From assembly GCA_934098505.1 (NCBI GenBank), contig CAKOOR010000002.1, forward strand, positions 83,279 to 147,278: a DNA stretch of 64,000 nt, read 5' to 3'. Origin of the DNA: an uncultured Bacilli bacterium (GTDB lineage: Bacteria; Bacillota_I; Bacilli_A; RF39; UBA660). A model generated the notes under the pieces. That model searched no databases and was not told the DNA's origin. It was given only the letters and a program-made list of their open reading frames with translations. Positions within the stretch are counted from its first letter, which is position 1, and the number at the start of each line of letters is the position of its first letter. The translations under genes were made by a program, and so were the position numbers. Below, in pieces: positions 42,841 through 52,469 of the stretch.

Positions 42841-42919
42841 AGGTGCAATAAGTACATAGGAACTTGGTCAGGGTAGGAATACAGCAGCCATAACTATCAA
42901 TGCTTATGTGCACTTTTTT
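42841..42919 (+). ncRNA. ffs: small SRP RNA (4.5S/ffs)
   Basis: UUGGUCAGGGUAGGAAUACAGCAGCC contains the domain-IV GGUCAGG ... AGCAGCC motifs around a GUA[GGAA]UAC tetraloop stem. The 5'/3' ends pair (gtgcaataag/cttatgtgcac). A T7 terminator and an extended -10 TGgTAATAT lie at 42828-42836. Confidence 0.65.
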
Positions 42920-42932
42920 TATGGAGTTTAAT

Positions 42933-43349
42933 ATGGAACAATACTTTGAATTACTATATAAATTGGCCTTAAAAGCCTTTAGAAACGGCGATATTCCAGT
43001 GGCAGCCATTTTAATTAAAAATGATAAGATCGTTGCTACAGGTTACAATAATAGGCATAAAAAAGGATATGTTTTAGGCCATGCCGAGGTAAATGCTATT
43101 ATCAAAGCTGAGAAGAAACTAAAAGATTTTAGATTAGATGGATACACTATGATTACTACATTAAAACCATGTAAGATGTGCCAAGCCGTAATTGAGGCTT
43201 CAAGAGTATCTAAAGTTTATTACATTTTGGAAGGTAAAGATGATAAAAGTTATCCACAAGCAAATTATGTAAAATTAGATAAAATAGATCAAAAATTTAT
43301 TAAAAATTATTTTGATTTATTTAATGAATTCTTTCAAAATATAAGATAA
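42933..43349 (+). CDS. tadA: tRNA-specific adenosine deaminase
   Basis: HAEVNAI...PCKMC zinc-deaminase motifs. GGAG RBS. The ORF-track start 42900 would overlap the SRP RNA. Confidence 0.75.
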   Translation: MEQYFELLYKLALKAFRNGDIPVAAILIKNDKIVATGYNNRHKKGYVLGHAEVNAIIKAEKKLKDFRLDGYTMITTLKPCKMCQAVIEASRVSKVYYILEGKDDKSYPQANYVKLDKIDQKFIKNYFDLFNEFFQNIR

Positions 43350-43389
43350 ATAAATTCAGTTATGGTATAATAAGGAGCAAGGAGTTTTT

Positions 43390-45030
43390 ATGGATTATCA
43401 AGTATTATATAGAAAATATAGACCTCATGATTTTGATTCTTTGGTAGGTCAGGAATATACGAAAAAATTATTAAAAAATAGCGTTATAAATAATAAGTTT
43501 GCTCATGCCTATATATTTACCGGGCCTAGAGGTACAGGTAAAACAAGTAGTGCTAAAATATTTGCTAAAGCTATTAATTGTTTACATCAGGTTGACGGAA
43601 ATCCATGCAATAAGTGTCAAAATTGTGTAAACTTTGAGAGCAGTCCGGATATAATTGAATTAGATGCTGCTTCTAATAATGGCGTAGATGATATAAGAGA
43701 GATAATAAATAATGTAAGACTAGCACCAAGTAGCATGAAAATTAAGGTTTATATTATTGACGAATTTCATATGTTATCCACAAGTGCTTTTAACGCATTA
43801 TTATTAACTTTAGAAGAGCCACCAAAAGATGTTGTATTTATTTTGGCAACTACTGATATTCAAAGTGTTCCGATAACTGTTTTATCCAGATGTCAAAGAT
43901 TTGATTTTAAACCAATTTCTATTCAAGATATTGAAGATAGATTGAAATATGTTTGTACTGAAGAAAAATTAAATGTTACGGATGAAGCTATTAAAGAAAT
44001 AGCAATGATGTCAAATGGTGGATTGAGAGATGCTTTAAGTATTTTAGATCAAGTAGCAAGTAATGGAGAAGAGATTACTGTTCAAGATGTAATTGCTAAT
44101 TTTGGAGGAGTATCAAATAAAAAGATAAATCAACTATTAGATTATTATGAAGCTAATAGTGTAAGTGAATTAATAGATTATATTAATGAGATTAAAAATG
44201 ATGGTATTGATATAAAAATTTTAATTGATAAATTGGTAACAAGAATTAAAAATGTATTAATAGATATTAAATTAGATAATTATAATGGGAAACTAGATTT
44301 TGATAATTTATATAACTTAGTTTTTGAATTAAATAAATTATTGACTAGTGAGAGAAATGGTGCTAATTATTATGATTTATTAGAAATTATATTTTTAAAG
44401 TATATAAATTATTTCCCGGGAAATAATTTTGTGGATAAAAAAACGACAAAGTTATCTGATCGTGAAAAAGAGTCAGCTGTAATCCAAAATGCGGAAGAAA
44501 GTCCAATAGTATCAGTACCTGCAGCAGAGCAACCAATTATTTCCCAAAAAAATCAATCTCAAGAAAAAAATAAAAATATTGACTTTGATGTAGATATTAG
44601 AATAAATAATACTTTTGTTAATGCTAAAAAAGAATTTTTAAATAATATAAAAAGCAAGTGGAATGATTTTGTTATCTATGAAAGTAATGCTAATAAAGCT
44701 ATGCTATCTTATTTAGCTGATACTAATATTGTTGCAGCTTCGAATAAATATGCGATATTGACTAATAATTTAGATATTACTAATGATTTAATTAATCAAA
44801 ATATTAAAACATTAGAAAAAGATTTTAATTTATTTTTTAATGGTAATTATTGTTTAGCGGCTATATCGCCAAAAAAATGGGAACAAGAACGAAATAAATA
44901 CATAAATAATATCAAAAATGGATATAAATATGAGATAATAGATAATGATATAATTATTAAAGAAGATAAAAGTGAATTAGAAAAGATTGCTAAGGAAATC
45001 TTTGGCAATAATTATAAGAAAGTAGAATAA
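43390..45030 (+). CDS. dnaX: DNA polymerase III subunits gamma/tau
   Basis: GPRGTGKTS Walker A and the Zn module CNKCQNC. Confidence 0.9.
   Translation: MDYQVLYRKYRPHDFDSLVGQEYTKKLLKNSVINNKFAHAYIFTGPRGTGKTSSAKIFAKAINCLHQVDGNPCNKCQNCVNFESSPDIIELDAASNNGVDDIREIINNVRLAPSSMKIKVYIIDEFHMLSTSAFNALLLTLEEPPKDVVFILATTDIQSVPITVLSRCQRFDFKPISIQDIEDRLKYVCTEEKLNVTDEAIKEIAMMSNGGLRDALSILDQVASNGEEITVQDVIANFGGVSNKKINQLLDYYEANSVSELIDYINEIKNDGIDIKILIDKLVTRIKNVLIDIKLDNYNGKLDFDNLYNLVFELNKLLTSERNGANYYDLLEIIFLKYINYFPGNNFVDKKTTKLSDREKESAVIQNAEESPIVSVPAAEQPIISQKNQSQEKNKNIDFDVDIRINNTFVNAKKEFLNNIKSKWNDFVIYESNANKAMLSYLADTNIVAASNKYAILTNNLDITNDLINQNIKTLEKDFNLFFNGNYCLAAISPKKWEQERNKYINNIKNGYKYEIIDNDIIIKEDKSELEKIAKEIFGNNYKKVE
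44406..44441. repeat. 36-bp module: Noc-binding-site palindrome TTATTTCCCGGGAAATAA + DnaA box TGTGGATAA, inside dnaX
   Basis: AAATTATTTCCCGGGAAATAATTTTGTGGATAAAAA is identical to the 46850-46885 copy. Confidence 0.7.
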
Positions 45031-45043
45031 GGAGATTTTTATT

Positions 45044-45337
45044 ATGAATATGCAAAATTTAATGGCTCAAGCTCAAAGAATGCAAAGAGATATTATGAAA
45101 AAGAAAGAAGAAGTAGAAAAGAAAACTTTTATTGGTTCTAGTGATTTAGTTACTGTTACTGTAAATGGTAAGAAAGAATTACAAAAGGTAGAATTTTCTT
45201 CTAATGTTGCTGCTGATGATTTAGAAATTTTACAAGACATGGTTGTTATTGCTACAAATAAAGCAATGGAACAAGTTGATGCTGCTATGGAAAGCGCAAT
45301 GGGACAATATGGTAGCATGTTTAATGGTTTATTCTAA
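45044..45337 (+). CDS. ybaB: nucleoid-associated protein YbaB/EbfC
   Basis: 97 aa, at the conserved dnaX-ybaB-recR position. Confidence 0.8.
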   Translation: MNMQNLMAQAQRMQRDIMKKKEEVEKKTFIGSSDLVTVTVNGKKELQKVEFSSNVAADDLEILQDMVVIATNKAMEQVDAAMESAMGQYGSMFNGLF

Positions 45338-45939
45338 TGATCTATCCAAAAGTATTGATGGATTTAATTGAATATTTTAGGAAGTTGCCAGGTATTGGTG
45401 AAAAAAGTGCGGAGCGTATGGCTTTAGCACTTTTAGACATTAATACAGAGGATGTTAGTGCGTTTGCTGATGCGATGTGCAATGCCAAATTGAAATTACA
45501 TCCGTGTTCTATATGTGGTTGTTTAACTGAGTTAGAAGTATGTCAAATATGTTCGAGTGAAGCTAGAGATAACGATGTAATTTGTGTGCTAGAAGACTAT
45601 AAAGGTGTTTTTGCTTTTGAAAAAACTGGGAAATTTAATGGAAAATATCATGTATTAAACGGTTTAATTTCTCCTATCGAAGATATTGGCCCTGAAGATA
45701 TAAATATTTATGGATTAATTGAGCGGATTAAATATATGCCTGAAGTAGAACTTATTATAGCTTTAAAACCATCTATTGAAGGAGAAACAACTACTTTGTA
45801 TTTAAAAAAGATTTTAGAAAAATATTCTAATGTAAAAATATCACGTTTATCGTACGGTATCCCAATGGGAGTAGATATTGATTATTTAGATGAATTGACA
45901 TTACTAAATGCGTTAAGTGAAAGAAAGAATATTACATAA
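45337..45939 (+). CDS. recR: recombination protein RecR
   Basis: The HhH motif, the C4 zinc finger CSICG...CQIC, and Toprim. Confidence 0.9.
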   Translation: MIYPKVLMDLIEYFRKLPGIGEKSAERMALALLDINTEDVSAFADAMCNAKLKLHPCSICGCLTELEVCQICSSEARDNDVICVLEDYKGVFAFEKTGKFNGKYHVLNGLISPIEDIGPEDINIYGLIERIKYMPEVELIIALKPSIEGETTTLYLKKILEKYSNVKISRLSYGIPMGVDIDYLDELTLLNALSERKNIT

Positions 45940-45965
45940 AGTTAAGCTAAACATCATATATTGGA

Positions 45966-46163
45966 GTGGTGATATATATGCATAACTTTGTTAAAATATT
46001 AAAAAAATTAATTTTTTCTTTTTTATTATTATTTGGATTAAATACTATGCTAAAATATATAGGGATAATTATTCCTATTAATTATATTAATTTATTAGTA
46101 ACTTACTTTTTAGGTGGATTTGGAATAATATCTTTAATAATAATTAAATTTTTTATAATATAG
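45966..46163 (+). CDS. bofA: sigma-K processing inhibitor BofA-like membrane protein
   Basis: IPINYINLLVTYFLGGFGIISLIIIKFFII resembles the BofA C-terminus (HVPINF...GIAALVIIKQFII). The position after recR matches the B. subtilis recR-yaaL-bofA order. Confidence 0.55.
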   Translation: MVIYMHNFVKILKKLIFSFLLLFGLNTMLKYIGIIIPINYINLLVTYFLGGFGIISLIIIKFFII

Positions 46164-46180
46164 TAGTATGGAGATGAAGT

Positions 46181-46999
46181 ATGAGTAGTTTAAAAATGAT
46201 ACAAAATTTAATTAATAAATATGAGACTGGAAGACTATCTCATGCTTTTTTAGTTGAAACAAATAATATAGATCTATGTTTAAATGATATTAAATTATTT
46301 GTAAAATATATTAATTGTTCACATAAATATAATGAGAATTGCAATGAATGTAATTTGTGCAAGCTAATAGATTTGAATAATTTACCAAGTTTAACTATTA
46401 TTGAACCAGATGGTATGAGTATTAAGAAAAATCAATTGCAAGAATTGCAAGATAAATATAGTATGAAACCTGTATATTCAAAATATAATACTTATATTAT
46501 TTTAAATGCTGAATTGATGAACGCTTCATCTGCTAATAGTATACTTAAATTTTTAGAAGAACCAACTGACCATATAATTGGATTTTTAATAACTACTAAT
46601 AAAGAAAAAATGCTAGATACAATAATTAGTAGATGTCAAAATGTAAAGTTTATTTATAAGGATACAAATGAAAATAATGAAAATATTAAATTAATCGCAA
46701 CAGAGTATTTAGATCAAATAGAAAATGATAATTCATTTTTAATAAATAAAACATTGATTTTGAGTACATTGACAACTAGATATGATATAAATAATTTGTT
46801 TATTGAAATTTTGTATCAATTAATGAAAAAAATTAGAGAAAATTATTTCCCGGGAAATAATTTTGTGGATAAAAATCTAAATAAATATAATATGCAAATT
46901 GAAATCGTTCGAAAAGTTTTAATCATGATTAAACAAAATGTTAATTTAGAATTATTATTAGATTACTTTGTTATAGAGATGAGGAAATTAAATGAATGA
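46181..46999 (+). CDS. holB: DNA polymerase III delta' subunit
   Basis: AAA+-like with a cysteine module CNECNLCK. Positioned before yaaT. Confidence 0.7.
   Translation: MSSLKMIQNLINKYETGRLSHAFLVETNNIDLCLNDIKLFVKYINCSHKYNENCNECNLCKLIDLNNLPSLTIIEPDGMSIKKNQLQELQDKYSMKPVYSKYNTYIILNAELMNASSANSILKFLEEPTDHIIGFLITTNKEKMLDTIISRCQNVKFIYKDTNENNENIKLIATEYLDQIENDNSFLINKTLILSTLTTRYDINNLFIEILYQLMKKIRENYFPGNNFVDKNLNKYNMQIEIVRKVLIMIKQNVNLELLLDYFVIEMRKLNE
46850..46885. repeat. second copy of 36-bp NBS+DnaA-box module, inside holB
   Basis: Identical 36 bp. It encodes YFPGNNFVDK in the same frame as in dnaX. Confidence 0.7.
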
Positions 47000-47780
47000 A
47001 ATTTATAAAGTTTTAATTGAAAATAAAAAAAGTATTAATGCCTTGTCTAATTTTGGGAAATATTTAATTGGTGATTATGTCGTAGTTAAGACTAATAGAG
47101 GCGAACAATATGGCAGAATTGATAGTATAATCAATAATGGTAGCGATGAAATAAATGATATATATATAATAAGGAAAGCAAATAATAAAGATTATAATAA
47201 TTATTTGAAGAATTTACGTCAAAGTGAAGAAATGCTTAGGTTTGCTAAACATGAAGCTAATCGCTTAAAATTGACGATGAATTTTATAAGTGCTGACTTA
47301 ACTTTAGATAATAAGCATTTATTATATTATTTCGTAGCTGATGAAAGAGTTGATTTTAGAGAATTGGCTAAAGATATTGCTGGTAAGTATAGACTACGAG
47401 TTGAATTAAGACAAATTGGAGCTAGAGATAAGGCTAAATTAATTGATGGTCTTGGGCCTTGTGGTAGACGTTTATGTTGTACAAGTTTCTTAGATAAGTT
47501 AGATTCTATTAGTATGAATATGGCTAAGAATCAAGGTATTGCTCTAAATCCTTCTAAAATAAATGGTGTTTGTGGTCGTTTAATGTGTTGTTTAACTTAT
47601 GAAAATGATAATTATACTGAATGTCATAAGCAGTTACCTGGGATTGGCAAAATAGTAGAAACAGAATATGGCACTGGAAAAGTTGTTAATGAAGATGTAT
47701 TAAATTTAAAATATACAGTCAACGTTAATAATGAGTTAAAAGAAATTAAGGTAATAAATGATGAAAATAGAATTAAATGA
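46992..47780 (+). CDS. ricT: PSP1 domain protein RicT/YaaT
   Basis: GPCGRRLCCTSFL and GVCGRLMCCLTYE, the PSP1 C-terminal motifs. Confidence 0.8.
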   Translation: MNEIYKVLIENKKSINALSNFGKYLIGDYVVVKTNRGEQYGRIDSIINNGSDEINDIYIIRKANNKDYNNYLKNLRQSEEMLRFAKHEANRLKLTMNFISADLTLDNKHLLYYFVADERVDFRELAKDIAGKYRLRVELRQIGARDKAKLIDGLGPCGRRLCCTSFLDKLDSISMNMAKNQGIALNPSKINGVCGRLMCCLTYENDNYTECHKQLPGIGKIVETEYGTGKVVNEDVLNLKYTVNVNNELKEIKVINDENRIK

Positions 47781-48465
47781 TTTATATGACTATGGTATGA
47801 AAATATATCAAGCAAAAAACTTATTTAAGTTTTCTATAGATAGTATTCTTTTGGCCGAGTTTGTAGATATTAGATGGAATAGTAATTTAATTGTAGATTT
47901 TTGTACTGGTAATGCTGCTGTTCCTTTAATCTTGTCTACTAAGTATAAAAGTCAAATAATTGGTTTTGAAATACAAAAGCAAGTTTCAACACTTGCTTAC
48001 AATTCTGTTTTGTTAAATAATTTAGAAAATCAAATTAAGATAATTAATGATAATTTAAGTACAGCTTTAGAGTATATTTTACCAGAAACGGTGGATGCTA
48101 TTACATGTAATCCTCCATATTTTAAAATTAATGAAGGATCATATTTAAATGATGATGAAGGTAAAAGAATTGCTCGCCACGAAATTGCTACTAATTTGGA
48201 ACAGATTATTATGACAGCTAAATATTTATTAAAAAATAGAGCACCTATATATTTGGTTCATCGTCCAGAAAGATTAATCGAAATAATAAACATTTTAAAT
48301 AAATATAAATTTAGTATAAAAAAAATACAATTAGTTTATTCTAGTTTTGATAAGCCGGCTGTTATGGTTTTAATAAAAGCTACAAAAAATGGCGCAGATG
48401 GGGTTATAATTAATCAGCCATTAAATATTGCAAATAGAAATACTTATAAAAATATTTTTAGATAG
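47758..48465 (+). CDS. class I SAM-dependent methyltransferase, YabB/TrmN6-like
   Basis: The NPPYF motif. At the yabB position. Confidence 0.65.
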   Translation: MMKIELNDLYDYGMKIYQAKNLFKFSIDSILLAEFVDIRWNSNLIVDFCTGNAAVPLILSTKYKSQIIGFEIQKQVSTLAYNSVLLNNLENQIKIINDNLSTALEYILPETVDAITCNPPYFKINEGSYLNDDEGKRIARHEIATNLEQIIMTAKYLLKNRAPIYLVHRPERLIEIINILNKYKFSIKKIQLVYSSFDKPAVMVLIKATKNGADGVIINQPLNIANRNTYKNIFR

Positions 48466-48477
48466 GAAGTAATAAAA

Positions 48478-49029
48478 ATGAAATTAATTGTTGGATTAGG
48501 AAATCCTGGTAAGGAATATGAAAATACAAGACATAACATTGGTTTTATGGTACTAAATTATTTTTCGGGAAATAATTTGTGGAAAGAAAAATTTAACGGT
48601 ATGTATTGTCAACAAAATGTAAAGGGAGAAAAAGTTATATTTTTAAAGCCACTTACTTATATGAATTTATCTGGTAGTTGTGTAATTAAATATGTTAAGT
48701 ATTTTGATATTAAAATAGATGACATTTTAATAATTCAAGATGACTTAGATTTACCTTATATGCAGTATCGCTTAAAATATGATAGTTCAGCAGGTGGTCA
48801 CAATGGAATTAAATCAATTATTAATAATTTAGGAACGCAAAAAATACCAAGATTAAAAATAGGTATAGCTCATGATCGTAGTATAGATACTAAGGATTAT
48901 GTGCTGGGACATTTTAATAAAGAAGATTTAATTTTGTTTGAAGAAAAAACTAAAATATTCAATAATATTATAAATGATTTTATTTCCCAAGATATTAATT
49001 ATTGTATGGCAAATTATAATAGAAAATAG
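48478..49029 (+). CDS. pth: peptidyl-tRNA hydrolase
   Basis: MKLIVGLGNPGKEYENTRHNIGF and AGGHNGIKS. Confidence 0.9.
   Translation: MKLIVGLGNPGKEYENTRHNIGFMVLNYFSGNNLWKEKFNGMYCQQNVKGEKVIFLKPLTYMNLSGSCVIKYVKYFDIKIDDILIIQDDLDLPYMQYRLKYDSSAGGHNGIKSIINNLGTQKIPRLKIGIAHDRSIDTKDYVLGHFNKEDLILFEEKTKIFNNIINDFISQDINYCMANYNRK
48555..48590. repeat. degenerate third copy of NBS-like module inside pth
   Basis: AAATTATTTTTCGGGAAATAATTTGTGGAAAGAAAA, in-frame as NYFSGNNLWKEK. Confidence 0.45.
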
Positions 49030-49042
49030 ATAGGTAATTGTT

Positions 49043-52000
49043 ATGGACTTTTTAAATAATTATTTTAAATATCAAAATAAGATTGAAATAGTTGGTTTAA
49101 CTTCTGAGTTGAACATTTTTTGCATACTTAATTATTTTCAAAAAATAAATAAAAGTATTTTGGTTTTAACTAATACTTTATATGAGGCTAATAAGTACTT
49201 TGATTCTATATCAACTTTCACAGATGATTGTTTATTATTTCCAATGGATGATTTTGTAGCTTCTGTAGCTTTAGCAATATCTCCAGAGCTAAAAATTAAA
49301 AGACTAGAAACTATTAATATTTTGAAAGAAAATAATCATAAAATAATTGTTACTAATTTAATGGGATTTTTGAGATATCTTCCAGATCATAAAACGGCAA
49401 GTAAATTAGAATTTAAGTTAGAAACAGGAATGTCTATTAATCGAGATAAAATTTTAGAAGTTTTAGATTCTTTTGGCTATAAACGAGATACATTGGTAAC
49501 ATCAACAGGTGAGTATGCCGTTAGAGGTTATGTTATTGATTTGTTTTTAATAGAACAAGAACACCCTATAAGAATTGAATTCTTTGGTAATGAAATTGAA
49601 TCTATTCGTTTTTTTGATGAAAATACGCAGATGTCAATTAAAGAAGTAAAGGAAATAATTTGTCTTCCTTATCAAGAAATTGCCACTTCAACAAAAAGTT
49701 CAATTCTCGATTATTTAGATACACCGACAGTATTTGAAATTGACAAAGAAGATATAGACTTAGGATATGAAAAATTATCTGAGGAAATTTTAGCATATAA
49801 AAAAGAAAATAATATTGATAAAGATTTAATGTTTAGATTAGAAGATATTAATATAAAGAATGTTATATACCTTAATAAATTTGTAATTAATAGAAGTTGT
49901 GCTATTGTTTATCAAAGTAATACTTTAGATAACTTTAATTCTAACTTTCAATTATTACGAGAATTTGTAAATAAAAAATTAACAGATAAAAAGACAGTTA
50001 TTTTTTGCTTGTCTAGAAAAGCTGAGATTGATTTTATTAAAGAAATGTTTCATGTAACTAGAGTAGTTGATGAAGAACATTTATTTATAGAAAAAGTTAA
50101 TATTTTAAACAAGAAAATTAATAATGGTTTTGAATTTGATAAATTTGTGGTTATTGGTGAATACGATATTGAGAAAATAAACACCAGAGAAATTAAATAT
50201 AAGAATAGTTATAAAATTGGTAAAAAGATAAGGGGTTTTGATCAATTACAAGTTGGAGATTATGTTGTTCACACTATTCATGGTATTGGACAATACCAAG
50301 GAGTTATTTCATTAACCAAAAATGGTGTAGTGAAAGATTATTTACAAATTATATACGCTGATAATGATAAAATTTATGTTCCAGTTGAAAAGATTAGTAC
50401 TATTTTTAAATATTCATCAAAAGATGGAGTTGCTCCTGTTTTAAGCAAATTAAATGGGACGGCTTGGGCAAAGACTAAAAAGGCTTTACAGAAGAAGATT
50501 CACGATATTTCATTGGAACTTATTAAATTATATGCTGCTCGTAGTAAAGTCACAGGACCAGTTTTTATAGATGATCCAATGGATGTAATGTTTGATGCTG
50601 ATTTTAAATATGAACCAACAATTGATCAGCAAAAAGCTTTTTTTGATGTAAAAAAAGACTTAGAAAATAAAGTACCAATGGATCGCTTATTGTGTGGTGA
50701 TGTTGGTTTCGGTAAAACAGAAGTGGCTTTCCGAGCTATGTTTATGACTGCGATTAATGGTTTCCAAGTAGCTTATTTGTGTCCAACAACTATATTAAGT
50801 AATCAACAATATGAAAATGCTTTACAAAGATTTAAGAACTTCCCAGTAGAAATTGCTTTATTAAACCGATTTACAACTAAAAAAGAAGCTGAACGGATTA
50901 TTGCTGGTTTAAAAAATGGAACAATCGATATTGTTTTTGGTACCCATCGTTTGTTGAGTGATGATGTTGGTTATAAAAATTTAGGTTTATTAGTAGTTGA
51001 TGAAGAACAAAGATTTGGTGTAACACATAAAGAAAAAATCAAAAAGTATAAGAATGATGTTAATGTGTTAACTTTATCAGCAACACCAATTCCAAGAACT
51101 TTAAAGATGGCTATGTCTGGTTTACGAGATTTATCAATAATTGATACAGCGCCGGTAAATAGATATCCAGTTCAAACTTATGTTATAAAAGAACAAGATA
51201 TGGTGGTTAAAGATGCTATTTATAAAGAATTAGGACGTAATGGTCAAATTTTTGTTTTGTATAATCGAATTGATAGTATTGAAAGTAAGAAAAATGAATT
51301 ACAACGTTTAGTACCAGAAGCAAGAATAGTAATTGCCCATGGTCGGATGAATAAATCTCAAATGGAAGATGTAATGCAAGATTTTATTGATCATAAATAT
51401 GATATTTTATTGTGTACTACGATTATTGAAACAGGAATCGATATAGCAAATGCTAATACATTAATAATTTATGATGCTGATCGTTTTGGCTTAAGTCAGT
51501 TGTATCAGATTAGAGGGCGGGTTGGTAGAAGTTCTAAAATTGCTTATGCTTACCTTATGTATAGTAAAGATAAAATGCTAAATGAAATTGCTGTTAAACG
51601 ATTAGAGGCTATTAAAGAATTTACAGAATTAGGAAGCGGCTACCGAATTGCCATGCGAGATTTGTCGTTGCGCGGTGCTGGTGATATTTTAGGAAGCGAC
51701 CAAGCGGGATTTGTCGATGCAGTTGGCTTAGATTTATATATGAAAATGGTTGATGATGAAGTTAAACGACTTAATGGTGAAGAACCAGTAGAGGATAAAT
51801 CGAATAATTCTTTAATTGATGTTGATACCCATATTAGTGATTCTTATGTATCTGATGAATCATTAAAAATTGAAATCCATCAAAAAATTAATAAAATTGA
51901 TAGTTTTGATAAATTAATAGAAATTCAAAAAGAATTAGAAGATCGTTTTGGTAAAATTAATGATCAAATTAAAGTATATATGTATGAAGAATGGTTTGAA

Positions 52001-52279
52001 AAATTAGCCTTGTCTTTAAATATAGAAAGAGTTGTTCAAAATAATAAAATTGTTGAATTAGAAATACCAGCATCACTTACTAAGACGCTTAAATTTGATA
52101 AATTGTTTATGCAGATTTATAATATTTGTCCAAAAGTACAATTTAGATCAATGCTTAATAATGTTTATATAACTTTACCTATAGCTAATTTACCTAAGCA
52201 TTTTGTTTATTATTTAGTTGATATTTTAAACTTGATAAAAGACGAAGTAAATAAAGAAGAAGAGATTAACGATAATTAA
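49043..52279 (+). CDS. mfd: transcription-repair coupling factor
   Basis: 1078 aa. A CarD-like RID, a DEAD/DEAH helicase (GDVGFGKTEV, DEEQRFGV), and a TRG motif. Confidence 0.9.
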   Translation: MDFLNNYFKYQNKIEIVGLTSELNIFCILNYFQKINKSILVLTNTLYEANKYFDSISTFTDDCLLFPMDDFVASVALAISPELKIKRLETINILKENNHKIIVTNLMGFLRYLPDHKTASKLEFKLETGMSINRDKILEVLDSFGYKRDTLVTSTGEYAVRGYVIDLFLIEQEHPIRIEFFGNEIESIRFFDENTQMSIKEVKEIICLPYQEIATSTKSSILDYLDTPTVFEIDKEDIDLGYEKLSEEILAYKKENNIDKDLMFRLEDINIKNVIYLNKFVINRSCAIVYQSNTLDNFNSNFQLLREFVNKKLTDKKTVIFCLSRKAEIDFIKEMFHVTRVVDEEHLFIEKVNILNKKINNGFEFDKFVVIGEYDIEKINTREIKYKNSYKIGKKIRGFDQLQVGDYVVHTIHGIGQYQGVISLTKNGVVKDYLQIIYADNDKIYVPVEKISTIFKYSSKDGVAPVLSKLNGTAWAKTKKALQKKIHDISLELIKLYAARSKVTGPVFIDDPMDVMFDADFKYEPTIDQQKAFFDVKKDLENKVPMDRLLCGDVGFGKTEVAFRAMFMTAINGFQVAYLCPTTILSNQQYENALQRFKNFPVEIALLNRFTTKKEAERIIAGLKNGTIDIVFGTHRLLSDDVGYKNLGLLVVDEEQRFGVTHKEKIKKYKNDVNVLTLSATPIPRTLKMAMSGLRDLSIIDTAPVNRYPVQTYVIKEQDMVVKDAIYKELGRNGQIFVLYNRIDSIESKKNELQRLVPEARIVIAHGRMNKSQMEDVMQDFIDHKYDILLCTTIIETGIDIANANTLIIYDADRFGLSQLYQIRGRVGRSSKIAYAYLMYSKDKMLNEIAVKRLEAIKEFTELGSGYRIAMRDLSLRGAGDILGSDQAGFVDAVGLDLYMKMVDDEVKRLNGEEPVEDKSNNSLIDVDTHISDSYVSDESLKIEIHQKINKIDSFDKLIEIQKELEDRFGKINDQIKVYMYEEWFEKLALSLNIERVVQNNKIVELEIPASLTKTLKFDKLFMQIYNICPKVQFRSMLNNVYITLPIANLPKHFVYYLVDILNLIKDEVNKEEEINDN

Positions 52280-52469
52280 ATTTGTTAAAAGATTTTATTG
52301 TAGTGATTATAAATGTCGATATTGAATGTATAAATTTATGAGAGTAATTTCTTGTAAAAAGATTATATTTGATATAGACATTTTTTTACATATTAGAAAC
52401 TTTATTGCATAACTTTTGTGTATCTTTTTAATTTTTATGGTAAAATTAAATCATAATAGGAGGTAAGAT

